From NCBI GenBank assembly GCA_965235115.1, contig OZ249436.1, forward strand, positions 47,122,001-47,186,000: a stretch of 64,000 nt of DNA. The letters run 5' to 3'. The stretch's first letter is position 1, and each line of letters opens with the position of its first letter. Of the stretch, positions 44,229 to 56,012 are shown piece by piece. Source of the DNA: Laetmonice hystrix (Eukaryota). The position numbers and the translations under genes were made by a program. Under the pieces are notes generated by a model. It was not told where the DNA came from and made no database searches. It saw only the letters and a list, made by a program, of their open reading frames with translations.

Positions 44229-47200
44229 ATGGATTCCAGTGTGATCAGCGTTCTCATTCTATGTGTGATCGGCTTGACGTTACACTGTGCTGCAGACACC
44301 TTGCGATCTAACAGCGTTTCCCCTGTCCAAGGTAAGTGTCACAGTCAAAGTCAAGTCTGAGAGTCGGGAAAAGCAGCCGGACTAAAGTGCAGCTGATGCA
44401 GTCATGGGAGACAGGGCATAGGCCTAGGACAATTGGAAACTGCATCGTGGCATCGCTCAGTCCCGGTCGTTCAGTGTTTTCAGCACGCGAAGGAAGTAGG
44501 GAACACATGATCACTGCACATAATACATGTATTTTAAGTAAGTTGAATAAGTAAGTATACGTTGAAGAGTTTACTTGCTTTTTCAAATCCCCAAGAAAAC
44601 GCAGATGACAAGCGCAGGTAAACGCGGCATAACGCAGAGAGCGCAGATAGCAGAAGAAACGCAGGAGTTTTTAAACTTGTTTGAAATTTGAAATTCGGTA
44701 GAGGGGCTTCAGATTCACTTGCAAATAACATGTGAAAAGTAAAAATATGAAGTATAATAATATAAATAATAATGGTATACCGGTATATACAATACAGTGT
44801 TATCTTATGTAGGTCAGCAAGATCTGAAATTGCTGTATTTGTATTCTTCAATTTGTATTCTTCAATTCAGACAAACAATTCGACGAATGGACAATGAAGG
44901 TAATTTACTCGTTTAACGGAACCATTGCTAGTTACTACCAGGACAATACGTTGTATTTAACAACGTTCTTTTTTTAAATCTATCCCCTGGATTAGCTGCT
45001 GGTACTACATTATCAACCAATGATCGACAACTTTGTGAAAGGGATTACTATACTGGAATAATTAATATACACAATGAGATAGTTCTGGTGGAGAGATGAG
45101 AAGGTGTATGCTGTTTGGAACAGTTTTCATTCAAAATTACGGGTAACAATTTTACTCTGGACACAGCAGCGATATGGAATCTGGTATTGATCCCTTACGG
45201 TCGACGTTTAGATAAAAGTACGCCTGATACTTCCTTTCAGCATGGAAAGCGCTATGAAACTGTGGAGGAATTCCAGACTCGCTATGCTGTCTTCAAAGAT
45301 AGTGCAAAACTTGTGCGAGAGCACAACAATAAAGGACTTTCATATAAACGTAAGTGTGAGAATTATTCTGAAATTATAGTGCCAAATCAGCGTTTCCTTG
45401 GCATCTGGGAGCAAATAGCTATAACCACATACTTAAACCCTGAACCCACTATGCGATTTATGCCTTGCAACACCAGTCGCAAGCCTTGCGACACCAGTCG
45501 CAAGGCTTGCGACCAAGGCTTGTGATAATATCAAACATGTTTGATATTTCCCAGTCTTGTTTCAAGCCTTGCGACAGGCTCGTCGCAAGCCTTGCGACGG
45601 CCTGTCGCAAGGCATAAATCGCATAGTGGGTTCAGGGCTTAAGTCCTAATAACGACATAGCTATATCGTAATAACGACATACTAAGTCGTAAAAACGACA
45701 TACTAAGTCGCGCCACGCATGCTCCCATCCGCCCCCGCAGTGTGCAAGATATAAATCTGTTGAGAAAAGAAGACGTTTTTGCATGTCTGTGATAATGCAT
45801 TGAAGACTTTTCGAGAGTCTTGGCCGCTGTGGGACAATCAGACCTAATCTGCAAAGGAATGGAACATGCAAGGAACACATTGTATCCTGTACTATTTTAA
45901 GATATTGTGAAGAGAATACTACAAAAATTCGGGTAATGAACAAAATATAGGGGACTGATCCAGGCGTTTGAGAAGGGGGCGTAAAGAGATATAGCTAAGG
46001 TAAACCTCAGCGAGCGCCGAAGGCGTGAGCTGTTCATGGGGAAAAATAATTTGGAAGGCCACAAAACGCTATTTCCCGGCATCTGGAGATCAATTTTCTG
46101 ACGGAAATGAAAATCCTGCTGGGCGTGCACTTTCGATGATACCATCGACGATCCCAGCCAGTTTGCGAGTTTTGACAAAGTTATATTACAATTTTCTAGG
46201 GTTTCACTGCGCGAAGCCTAGCTAAAGGGTCCTGGGCATCCCCCCCCCCCCCCAAAGTGAAAGTCAACGTGTATTTTAGTGACATGTGGTGCATTTTGGA
46301 GCATAAAATAGCTGTTTGAAGTTAGGGAGAGCTTGGACTGTAGAGTGGGGATGTGCAGGGTAGGCCTCATCCAGTGAGTGCTTGCAACTCTTTGAAGTTA
46401 GTGAGAGCTTGGGCTGGGGGGTGGGGGGTGGGGGGGGGGGTACGCACCCTGCGCAGCCCCTGACTACGGGCCTGTGCATCATGGGAGATTGCGTGGGAGG
46501 GAGCACTCTCCAACGCAGAGCTACTTCCGCTTCGCTTTCGCTTCACACAGTATCTCTGCCGCAGGTGACTTTTTGGGGCCAAATCCGTCCCATCCGCGCC
46601 TATGAGAGAAATCTTCCGAATAGGACGGCAAATGACTCTTTTCCTATTATATTTTAGTAGAGGCAGATAAATGTGTGTCTTAATGATCTTTAAAGTAAGC
46701 TGGGAGTGCCATAATCATTGGAATTCCTCGGAACTATTTTGTCTGCACTAACTTCCCGTGACTGAGTGGCAAGGTCACCGTTGGCGCTTGCTGTTTGGAT
46801 GTAAACATCACCATGTGCGACTTTAGCGAGCACGTTTGCCAGTCAATAGCAGCCTACAAAACGGGGTTTGTCCTCAAAGATGCTTACAGCTGTTGTATGA
46901 TGGTAACGATGTCATCGCACATCTCCCGATTTTACAGCAATTCGGAGGGTTCAATAAATTAAAATGATTTTTTTTTATAAATTTTCCAAGTGTTGTTTCT
47001 CTCCCCCCCCCCCCCCACCGACCAATGCTGAGATTCTGAAACATCATTCACTTGGGTGGGGAGGTGGTGGTGCCCGGATGGGTCTGCAAGGCCAAGGGCA
47101 GGCCGCTTGCCGGCGAAGACCGACCCCACCCCGGCCCCCAGCCACCACCATCGCCACCTCGGCCGCCGAGCGGGCGCAGCCCGGCAGACTGCGCAGCACT

Positions 47201-50200
47201 GAGACTATGGTCAGCGGTGGTTACGGTTACGGTGACTCCGACTCCCCGGCCCGGCGGAGTGTCGGCCCGTCGGCCCGCCAATCCAGGCCTAGCCTATAAC
47301 TGCTAGATCTATACTACTGTAGTTAGTAAATCATACACACAAACAGACTGTCAGGACAGAGGACAATGAATCAACATGGTTACTGACGCTGTCAAGAGTC
47401 TAATATAATCCGTATATTTCCCCTGGGCCGAGATCACCATGAACGGCTCGGGCCGACTTCACCACATCGGTCCGACATCACCTAGATATGGGCCGAGATC
47501 ACCGTGGTCCGAGGTCACCATGGGCCGAGTTCATCAGTACCCCATGATGTCAATACCTGTGAAGGACTGAATGGTCTTAAGTACGTTTTCAGACTTGCAT
47601 TTATCCCCGGACAGTTTGTACTTTCGCGCTGGTTGTATGTCTAGACATAGACAGCATCCATATTTTGAAACTTTCACTGGAGTTATTAATTCCAGTTCAT
47701 GTTGCATCCAATCTAATTAAAATTAGATCTTGGTATTCCGCGTCTCTCTCGGCTGTGTCGGTGTTGGCTGCGCTCCATACCTAGATCCAAGGACATCCCA
47801 TTAGGGGTCACCTCAGGTTGACCTCGGGATTCAGCCAATCAGCGAGCCGCCTACGAAATCTTCGGTGTGCGCTCGTAGGCATTTTCAACGGCACACTTGA
47901 ATCTGGGTCAAAGGTCAGCCTGAGGTGACCCCATACGGGATGCCGTTAGATCCTAGTATGTAGCGCATGCGAAATAACTAAGATCTAATTTTAATTAGAT
48001 TGATGTTGCATCTCGCCCTCCTATTCCCTCGCGACTGACAGAATGCCGCCAACTTCGCTGTTTACACAAAATCCAGGTCATCTGACGGATAACCAGGTCA
48101 AAACAAGGCATCATGGGAAAAGTAGTCCGTGACCTGTGGCAGAGACGAAGTGTAAGCGAGTCTCTGCGTAGGAGAGTGGGGAGGGAGGTGAAGGGGTAGA
48201 TCACCCAGCTGGCTATGGGGCTGCATGAGAATATGACCGTAACAGGATATTAATAGGAGATAGCACTAGATGACAAAGTAAAATGTATACTATAGGCCTC
48301 CCCAGCAGTTATTCAATGGACATGCTTACATTGATACGACCTGCCAGGAGCTTCATTTGCCTATAGTTAAAAGTTAATTTGTGTGTTGAATTTGTTTTAG
48401 TGGAGCTCAATAAATTCGCTGATATGACTCATGAAGAATTCAGCCAACTCCACCTGTTCAGTAATCCACAGGTATTTCAGTCTTTCCTGTTGTTCACTCC
48501 AAGAATGTCAACAAAATAGACCATCATGAAAAATATTCATATGTAAGAGGCTGTCTTCATCACGTGATTTCGGTAAATATGTCATTTCCCGATTGATATA
48601 AACACACCAGGGATTCTTTTACGTACAAACACGTAACGGGATGATCCCGTGGTTCCATAAGGCCCCATAGGTAACGTCGCGTGGCCCCAAAACGTATATT
48701 TCAATGTCTCCGCCATGACGCTACAGATCGCGTAATTTATAATCCATGTTCCTGTGCTTCCATTGGGCACCATATGGCATCCCCTTGAATGACATTGGCG
48801 GATAGAATGCGCATATTATAAATATAATATAAATATGGGTAATTATGTTTCCCGAGTTTTTCATAAAAGAAACACCTTGTATCATAAACTAGAACCACAG
48901 CGCCACGCACGACAAAGACAGGACCCCCATGAAACGGCCGACCCAGATTCCTGAATCAATTGACTGGAGGAAAAAGGGGGTGATCAGTGACGTGAAAAAT
49001 CAGGTAGGATTTCGAGGTATTGTATAAAGCGGTACAGACCTCCCCCTTTCAGATTTAATGAACTCTACCGCAGTTCATGAGGAGTGCATTATCATGCCCT
49101 GATAGAGAACTTCATAGTTCACGAGTGCACGACTGTAATACATTTTGTTTGAATTTAGACAGGGGCTGTGTGGTAACTGTCGTCATTATAGTGATGCCTT
49201 GGAAACCAGAAGATACCTACTGATGAACTGTTAGTTTCAGTTTTCACCTTTAAATTGCACCATTAAAAAAAACCTTTTTGTTGGTTCGGGCGACCCAGGG
49301 TCAGTGTGGAAGCTGCTGGACGTTCGCAACCACCGGGTGTATGGAGTCTCATGTGGCCATACAGTACGGCAGGATGTACAACCTCTCCGAACAGCAACTC
49401 GTCGACTGTGCCCAGGCCTTCAACAACATGGGATGCAGTGGGTGGGAAACACACTACATTCATGACCTAAGGCGGATCCGGGGGCCGCGTGGCCCCCTTA
49501 GCTTCCCTATTTCCTCATCTATATACTCATTTTTAAATGATTTTGTCATATTTAGTTTAGACACACCACATCATGATGAAGCAATGGCTGTAACATGTGA
49601 CATAGAAGTCCTACATACAACAAAAGAGCTTTGCCACTAAAATTATGCCAGAAAAGATATTATTAACCGTGTGGCCCTGACAAGTACGGAGCCCTGTTGG
49701 GGACATGAAGAGAAAAAAATTGTGGGATCTCGAAATTACCACTTAGTGACGTCATTAAGTGGTAATAACGAGTTAATGACGTCACTAAGTGGTAATTTCG
49801 ACATCACCACAATTTTCTTTCTCTTCATATCCCCAACGGGGCTCCGTAGAAAAGGCCTTCCGTACAAAAATGTCATTATCTGCTGAGAGATGTATGAGCA
49901 TCTGTCCTCAGTCATTGGACTGTATTCCCCACCTCAACTAGAATTTTAAGTCATTAAAACATTTTATATTCAACAGCGGGTTACCATCGCAGGCGTTTGA
50001 GTACATACACTACAACCCTGGTCTGATGCAGGAGAAGGACTACCCTTACACAGCCAAGGTGAGTGGATATGTTGTTATCACAATCAACATAAACTGATTC
50101 CTAGTCACAGGAATATGTGTGTGTCTATTGTCTTCCGATAATCATTCTAGATGATCGCAAGTGAGTGATCAAATTATACTGATCAATATTTCTTTTTTTC

Positions 50201-51797
50201 ATTTTATCTGGACAGATTGCATGCACATTCAAACATAGATGTCATCTGTTGTATGATTGGACCGTAACTGACGTCAAAACAACTGTACAAAGGATTCTTT
50301 TGATGTCATGTCATCCCTGTATTTTACCATCTTTATTTTAACTTTAGGATGGTCCCTGTGTGTTTGAGAGTGATAAGGCAGTGGTATTCGTTCAAGAGGT
50401 CCACAATATCACGGAGGTAAGTACAAAACAACCTCACTTCTGATATTCCAACATTAATGTCAGCCAACAACAGTTTGGAATGAAGTACATATTTTGTTGA
50501 TTTGGTTGAAGTTTCCGAAGAGTAATAAATAGTTCTCCCGACCAAATATCATGAAGTTTTTACCATTGAGGATTTATCGTCTATGACAGAAAGACGAGGA
50601 CGGCCTCAAGGCAGCAGTTGGTACAGTCGGTCCGGTCAGCATTGGCTTCCAAGTGGCGTCGGACTTCAGGCTCTACAAATCCGGCGTTTACAAAAGGTGA
50701 GTAAATATACATTTTCTCCAACAGTACTGCCGTGAAATGACAAAAGGAAGCAAGTCCAAAAGTTCAAGTTTCGAGAAATGGACATAAACAAGTTGTCTCC
50801 ACCGTGCAGTTGGATGGGCATGCTTCCTTCTGTCATGTGACTGATAGCTTTATAGAAGGATGTTTAGCAGAAATACACCCATTGATAGATATGACTTAAT
50901 TCCCTGAATCCAAATTTACACTTAAGTCGATTTTGATGAAAGTTGGACTTGCTTCCTTTTGTCATTTCCCGGCAGAGTAGCTGTAGATGGTAATTCTTTT
51001 TGGGGAGAATGGGGGGGGGGGGAGGGGGTATTCCTTATTTACTTATTTATATATTTACTTTCTTCCTAATTACCTATACTTACTCCCCTACTTACATATT
51101 TTACTTTATTATTTTTGGTTTGTCGTCGTCATATTGATATTACTGATGACTAGTTGTGACTTGCTGACAGTACGGTGTGTCTGAGTGACCCCATGCATGT
51201 CAACCACGCTGTTCTGGCCGTCGGGTACGACACGACCCCTAGCGGCGAGCCATACTGGATCGTCAAAAACTCGTGGGGCGCCACCTGGGGGATAAACGGG
51301 TGAGTGAACAAGCCTCAGACGGTTCTGTGGTGCCAAACCGTTCAATAGGACCTAGCGCTTTAAAACGTTATCAAACTTCACGACCCGTGACACGCTAAAC
51401 GGTTTAACGTTTCTTTATTTTTTTTAGAGTTTTGTATTACTACATCAGGTAGATATTGTACATTCATGACTTCAAACAGGGTGGTGTCATTTCTCGGAAT
51501 ATCAAACCTTTCGACACCTTGGAGTCTGATCGGTCGGCTGGATTTTATGAAGTTGGGTCTGTGGGAAAAATAGGCCTACAGCCACTAGCGTTCGAGGCTA
51601 CAAGCAAAATGTGGCCAATATCGAATCCCATCGTAGTTCACCCGCTGTGTGTTAACGTTCTGTGACTGTACTACAATATAATACATGCGTGCTTTATTTC
51701 AAACAGGTACTTCAATATCTACCGCGGTAAAAACATGTGTGGGCTGGCAGACTGCGCATCCTACCCTATTATTGCTGAACACCCGGCGGTCAATTGA
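44229..51797 (+). CDS. CTSH: Cathepsin H-like protease, copy 2, 347 aa, mini-chain Cys replaced by His
   Basis: Exons 44229-44331, 44871-44899, 45241-45349, 48401-48471, 48893-49003, 49299-49441, 49977-50058, 50348-50416, 50590-50696, 51171-51299, 51707-51797. Exon lengths match copy 1, frame intact, catalytic Q/C/H/N retained; PQNHSAT instead of PQNCSAT. Confidence 0.92.
45437..45638. mobile_element. MITE with ~31-bp perfect inverted ends, TTAA-flanked
   Basis: ccctgaacccactatgcgatttatgccttgc ... gcaaggcataaatcgcatagtgggttcaggg; internal gtcgcaag / cttgcgac sub-repeats. Confidence 0.8.
47709..48002. mobile_element. Fold-back MITE with 10-bp target duplication (MULE-like)
   Basis: atgttgcatc|caatctaattaaaattagatctt ... 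aagatctaattttaattagattg|atgttgcatc; internal ggggtcacctcagg / cctgaggtgacccc. Confidence 0.78.
49685..49848. mobile_element. Short fold-back MITE in cathepsin copy 2 intron 6
   Basis: tacggagccctgttggggacatgaagaga ... tctcttcatatccccaacggggctccgta. Confidence 0.75.
50727..50977. mobile_element. TA-flanked MITE (Tc1/mariner-like) in cathepsin copy 2 intron 9
   Basis: Inverted ends ctgccgtgaaatgacaaaaggaagcaagtccaa / ttggacttgcttccttttgtcatttcccggcag. The empty site ccaacagTAgctgtag is visible in copy 1 (~41002), confirming TA duplication. Confidence 0.85.
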
Positions 51798-51994
51798 ACC
51801 TGGCAAATCCAGATGTGTTATTACCAAAAGGATGTTCTGGAGCAGCGCCCATAAATGTTACGTCACAACTTAGGCTAGGCATCCATAGATCTGTAGGCGT
51901 ATGCGTAATGCGTAAGCGTAATGCGCAATTAAAAGGTCACAATGGATTCCAATTGACATGCATCTATAGATACGTAGTGCGTATGCGAGAAGCC

Positions 51995-52489
51995 TATGGG
52001 GTGTCCACACTGAGCATTGCGTCGGTGTTGCGTCGTGTTCTGCGTCTGTTGCGCTCGAAAAGGCCGACGCAGAACACCAACCAGTGTGGACAGGCTTGCG
52101 TTTGTGTGAGGAAGCGCACGCTCCACTCCCCAAAGCGCAAGACGACGCAAGTCGGATATCTCAAAATCAAATTGGTTTGATTTCTGCGTGCGGGCAACAC
52201 GGCGTGGATTAGCGCGCCACCTGGATTGCCGAGTGGAACTCTTACGTTCTGCGTCGGGCGTCGGGCGCTGCGCTTGGTGTGGACAGCACAGGGCTCGACG
52301 CAGAGCCCGACGCAGGGTCAGGATTGTCTGCTGCGCTGAATCCAGACGCAATCTAGTGTGGACACTGTTGCGTTGAACTGGAACAACGCAGCGGCAGCTG
52401 CGTCCTTGCCATGAAGCGTGCGTTGACCGTGGGTGCGCTAAACGCAGGACCAAACGCAAGGTCCTACTCTCATAGTGTGGAAACCCCAT
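51995..52489. mobile_element. MITE (PIF/Harbinger-like ends), apparently nested in another fold-back element
   Basis: tatggggtgtccacact ... agtgtggaaaccccata; flanked by cgtagtgcgta / tacgcactacg. Confidence 0.65.
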
Positions 52490-54295
52490 AAGGTATTACG
52501 CACTACGCAAGCGATTGCCTCCTGACCCTTTTTTACGCATACGCAGGGGGAATTCCATATACCTATATGACGTAAGAAACGTGGTGTTTTCCCGGAATGA
52601 AGGACAGATTGTGGGCCCGAATAGGGCCTAGAGAGAGAGATCTATAGGCCTAGGCCTACTTCACATCGTAGAGCCGCGGCCAAGAGTTATTAGGCCTACT
52701 AATATTAGGCCTGCCGCCCCACCCCCGTCAGATCTATGGGTCGCATGCTAGGGGTAGGCCTAGTCAGCCTCGCACCCCTCTCAAAAAAGTTTCCATTTTC
52801 GTTCTTTCAACTGATGCGTATAGGCCTATATAGGCCTACTAGGCCTACCTTCTTTTTCTTGGAAACTTTGAATTTTTGATAATGTTGTATAGAAAAATTA
52901 TACTATATGCGTAGGCCTATGTACTAGGTTCTACGTCCCCCGTGCGCATATCAGCTCCTCTATGTCTTGAAGGGTTATTGCTACTCCGTCTTAACAGTCC
53001 TTTAATTAAACCAAGACTATATTGTGTACAGGGGAAACTTTTTCAGAAGGGAGATCTTAGGTCGCACAATGTATACGGAAACTATAATATTATATTGCAA
53101 TTTGTTCTTCCTTTTGACAGAATGTATAGGCCTATATCATCATTGTAGTATAGGAAGGACATTTTGAATATTCCCCCACCAAGGTGTGTTTTCCTACCCA
53201 GCTGGCTGATAGGAATTGTTCGTTCATAGCCTGATATATTACCATGGGTCTTTCAGATGGTAATTGTATTGTAACAGAATGAAAATACACTTGATTAAAC
53301 CGGACACTCGGCCAGTCTGTGTGTACGTACTTTTGTATGTTAAACACCTACATACGCTTATTGTTCTTTTAGTGAATTCGAGGCCTGATTTAAAAAACTT
53401 GTGGTCTTTTTGCAAAACTTAAGCTTATCCGCCCGTCCGCTATTTTCTGAAGTCAGCGCGGGCTGCGAACTAGCGGTAATCTGTTTATATGATCATAAAG
53501 CGATCATTTCTTTTAAACCTGATCGCTAGTACTCGGGGCTGAAGTTGATTGTGTGGTTTAATATGGTTAAAAATTTCTTGAGTAAGCTATGGCCAATGGG
53601 CAAAATCACAACTTTCATGGATCAAGTTTTTTTTATCTTGTAACGTTGACTTGGGGGCAGTGTTGTGAACTTTACATCATCACCTTGACGAAAACAATAA
53701 AAACGTAGCGATAAAACGCCCTGTTTATTTTTAATCAAGTTAGATAATATTCAACTATTTAACGATATCGTTAATAACCAGACCTTACGAACACGGACTC
53801 TTGTCTGAAGTTCTCGCGTTAGCCACCAGAGGGCACCAAGCCAGGTATGTGAATCTGTCTAAAAGTAGCCTCCATTCAAACAATTTTTGTATATTTTCAA
53901 TTGGCTCCATCTTGAAAACGATTAACGATAGGCCTACATGCAGTTTCAATTAACCATGGATAAGAAGTCATATGGGGGGCTACAGCTGCCTTTCATTTGA
54001 TACTACTCTATGATCTTCCGTGACCTTAAAAGGTAAAATAGAGGTCACATATTGAAAGCCCTGAAAGTTACCATTAATCTCATAAAGGATGGGATATTGA
54101 GGTTATGCAGGTAACGTATTTTGGAGGGACAACAAACCGAGGTTCATTTATAAATAGGCATATGCCCATGCACATGCACATAAACATAACCATGCTGTTT
54201 CCCAATTGACTTCACTGCATAACCTCTATACGTCCGTGGAGGCCTAACTACCCCTATTGGAGCTCTGTCCAAGTTTCGTTTCGTAGATTCAGCCT

Positions 54296-54655
54296 CTTGG
54301 AGCTGGTGTACTTGGTGACGGCCTTGGTGCCTTCACTGACGGCGTGTTTGGCCAGATCACCGGGGAGAAGCAGACGGACGGCCGTCTGGATTTTCGGGCT
54401 GGTGATAGTAGAGCGGCGGTTGTTAGTGGGTCAGACGTGAAGCCTCGGCTCGAAGATGTCGTTCACAAACGAGTTGATGAAAGACATGGCCTTGCTGGAG
54501 ATACCTGTGTCTGGGTGGACCTGCTTCAACACCTTGTAGATGTAGATGGAGTAGGATTCCCTCCTCCTCTTCTTGCGCTCCTTGTCGTCCGTGCGGACGG
54601 CGTTGGCCTTGCTAGCGGCTTTCTTTGCTCCCTTCGACGCTTGTTTTGGCGGCAT
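54296..54655 (-). pseudogene. H2B: Histone H2B pseudogene (orphon)
   Basis: [13 protein letters not shown]...[40 protein letters not shown], then a ~10-nt deletion removing RIA(A) gives TGA at 54431. After a 1-nt insertion (CAC TAAC AAC), homology resumes: [39 protein letters not shown]. No stop codon or histone stem-loop follows. Confidence 0.93.
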
Positions 54656-54696
54656 GATGTCAGTGTATCGACTAAGGTGCTAGTCGGCGCGTTTTC

Positions 54697-54721
54697 TTTA
54701 TATGTGGCGTCGTATGCAAAT
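54697..54721 (-). promoter_or_regulatory. H2B promoter: octamer ATTTGCAT plus TATA box
   Basis: Minus strand ATTTGCAT (54721-54714), 11 nt, TATAAA (54702-54697), ~42 nt before the ATG; the classic H2B promoter arrangement. Confidence 0.8.
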
Positions 54722-56012
54722 TAGCAGCGAGTTCATACTGAAAGGAGCCATGCATGGTTTATCCGCGTTCTGTTGGTGGCGCCACATATTATACCCCGAC
54801 GCCGTGCCTGTTAGGGAGCAGCTTTGGCGCTGAAGTCACCGGGCAGGCTGCCGCCGTCACGTGTGACGCCTAGGCCAATCAGCAGCCATGTATGAACTCG
54901 CCGTTTCAGAAATCTAAGCTACTTCCCAGTTACCGGCCCATTTGACCAGCAAGATGGCGTCGGTCGGAATAACCCTAGATTTAATAATTTTCATTAATAT
55001 CTTATAATAGAAATTATTTACAATAACAATTTATGGATAGTCGTTGCACTTTTAGTCCCGCAGACAACATATCCAAATCCAAGGTTTGGGTTGTTGCTAC
55101 AAAATGCTGATATCTGATCATAATATAAGGTGGTTGGCGCGGGACACCACTCTTGAGGTCCAGCGCCACCTCGATACTATATAAAGCCCGCTCTACCACT
55201 GGTTATATGTAGTGAACGGTCATGTCTGAAAGTATCGCTTAGATAGACTCGGGTCTGTCTCCCATGAACTGGCTGATGGGTCGGAAGGAGCTTGCATGGG
55301 TCCACGTTCGGTCGTAGTCTGGCAACACGTGCTGATGGTCAAACACTGACAGTATGATGAGTCACTTAGTGTCCACTTGGAGCCGGGAGGGTGCAAGGCT
55401 GAGAAAAGTGCGACATGACTCTTCTAAAGGAATGTAGCAATACAACCCGTTCCCCGTCAGTGGGTCGATCTGTGGCACAGTTCCGTATGGCGGCTATCAT
55501 TGGGTTATCACGTGTTGTCTCAGACGCCAGATCTTCGAACGGTAGGATGAACGTATCTAGTCGACGAAGACCGAGTTCATTTTTTTTTTAAATAATGCTC
55601 CTCTGATACTTTTAATAACTCATATAATTGACAAGTGATGCCGAAGTCAGCCTAATCAAGCAGATGATGCTTTTAGACAGGAAGTTGTTTCACTGAAAAG
55701 CGTCTGTCTTTGACCGAGTCGGTCGTAAGGCACGTCAGCTGAACGACCCCCCCCCCCATGCCGACCACCTCATGGCGGCCTACCCAAGGTTAATTAAAAT
55801 TCCTTTATCATCTGAAATTCAAAAACGCTACCGTTCTCCGTTTTGTGCAAAGCTCGTGACGACAGCCCAGGATTGATTATGAGAAGTGTGTGGTTGTTAA
55901 GGTTTTAAGTTGTGAACTTGGTGTCCTAATGTGTCAGGTATCAGATATTCTCAAACATACAGTGTACTCAAAATGTCAGATACCATAAGTATAGTTTAAA
56001 GTTTCCTTCGGT

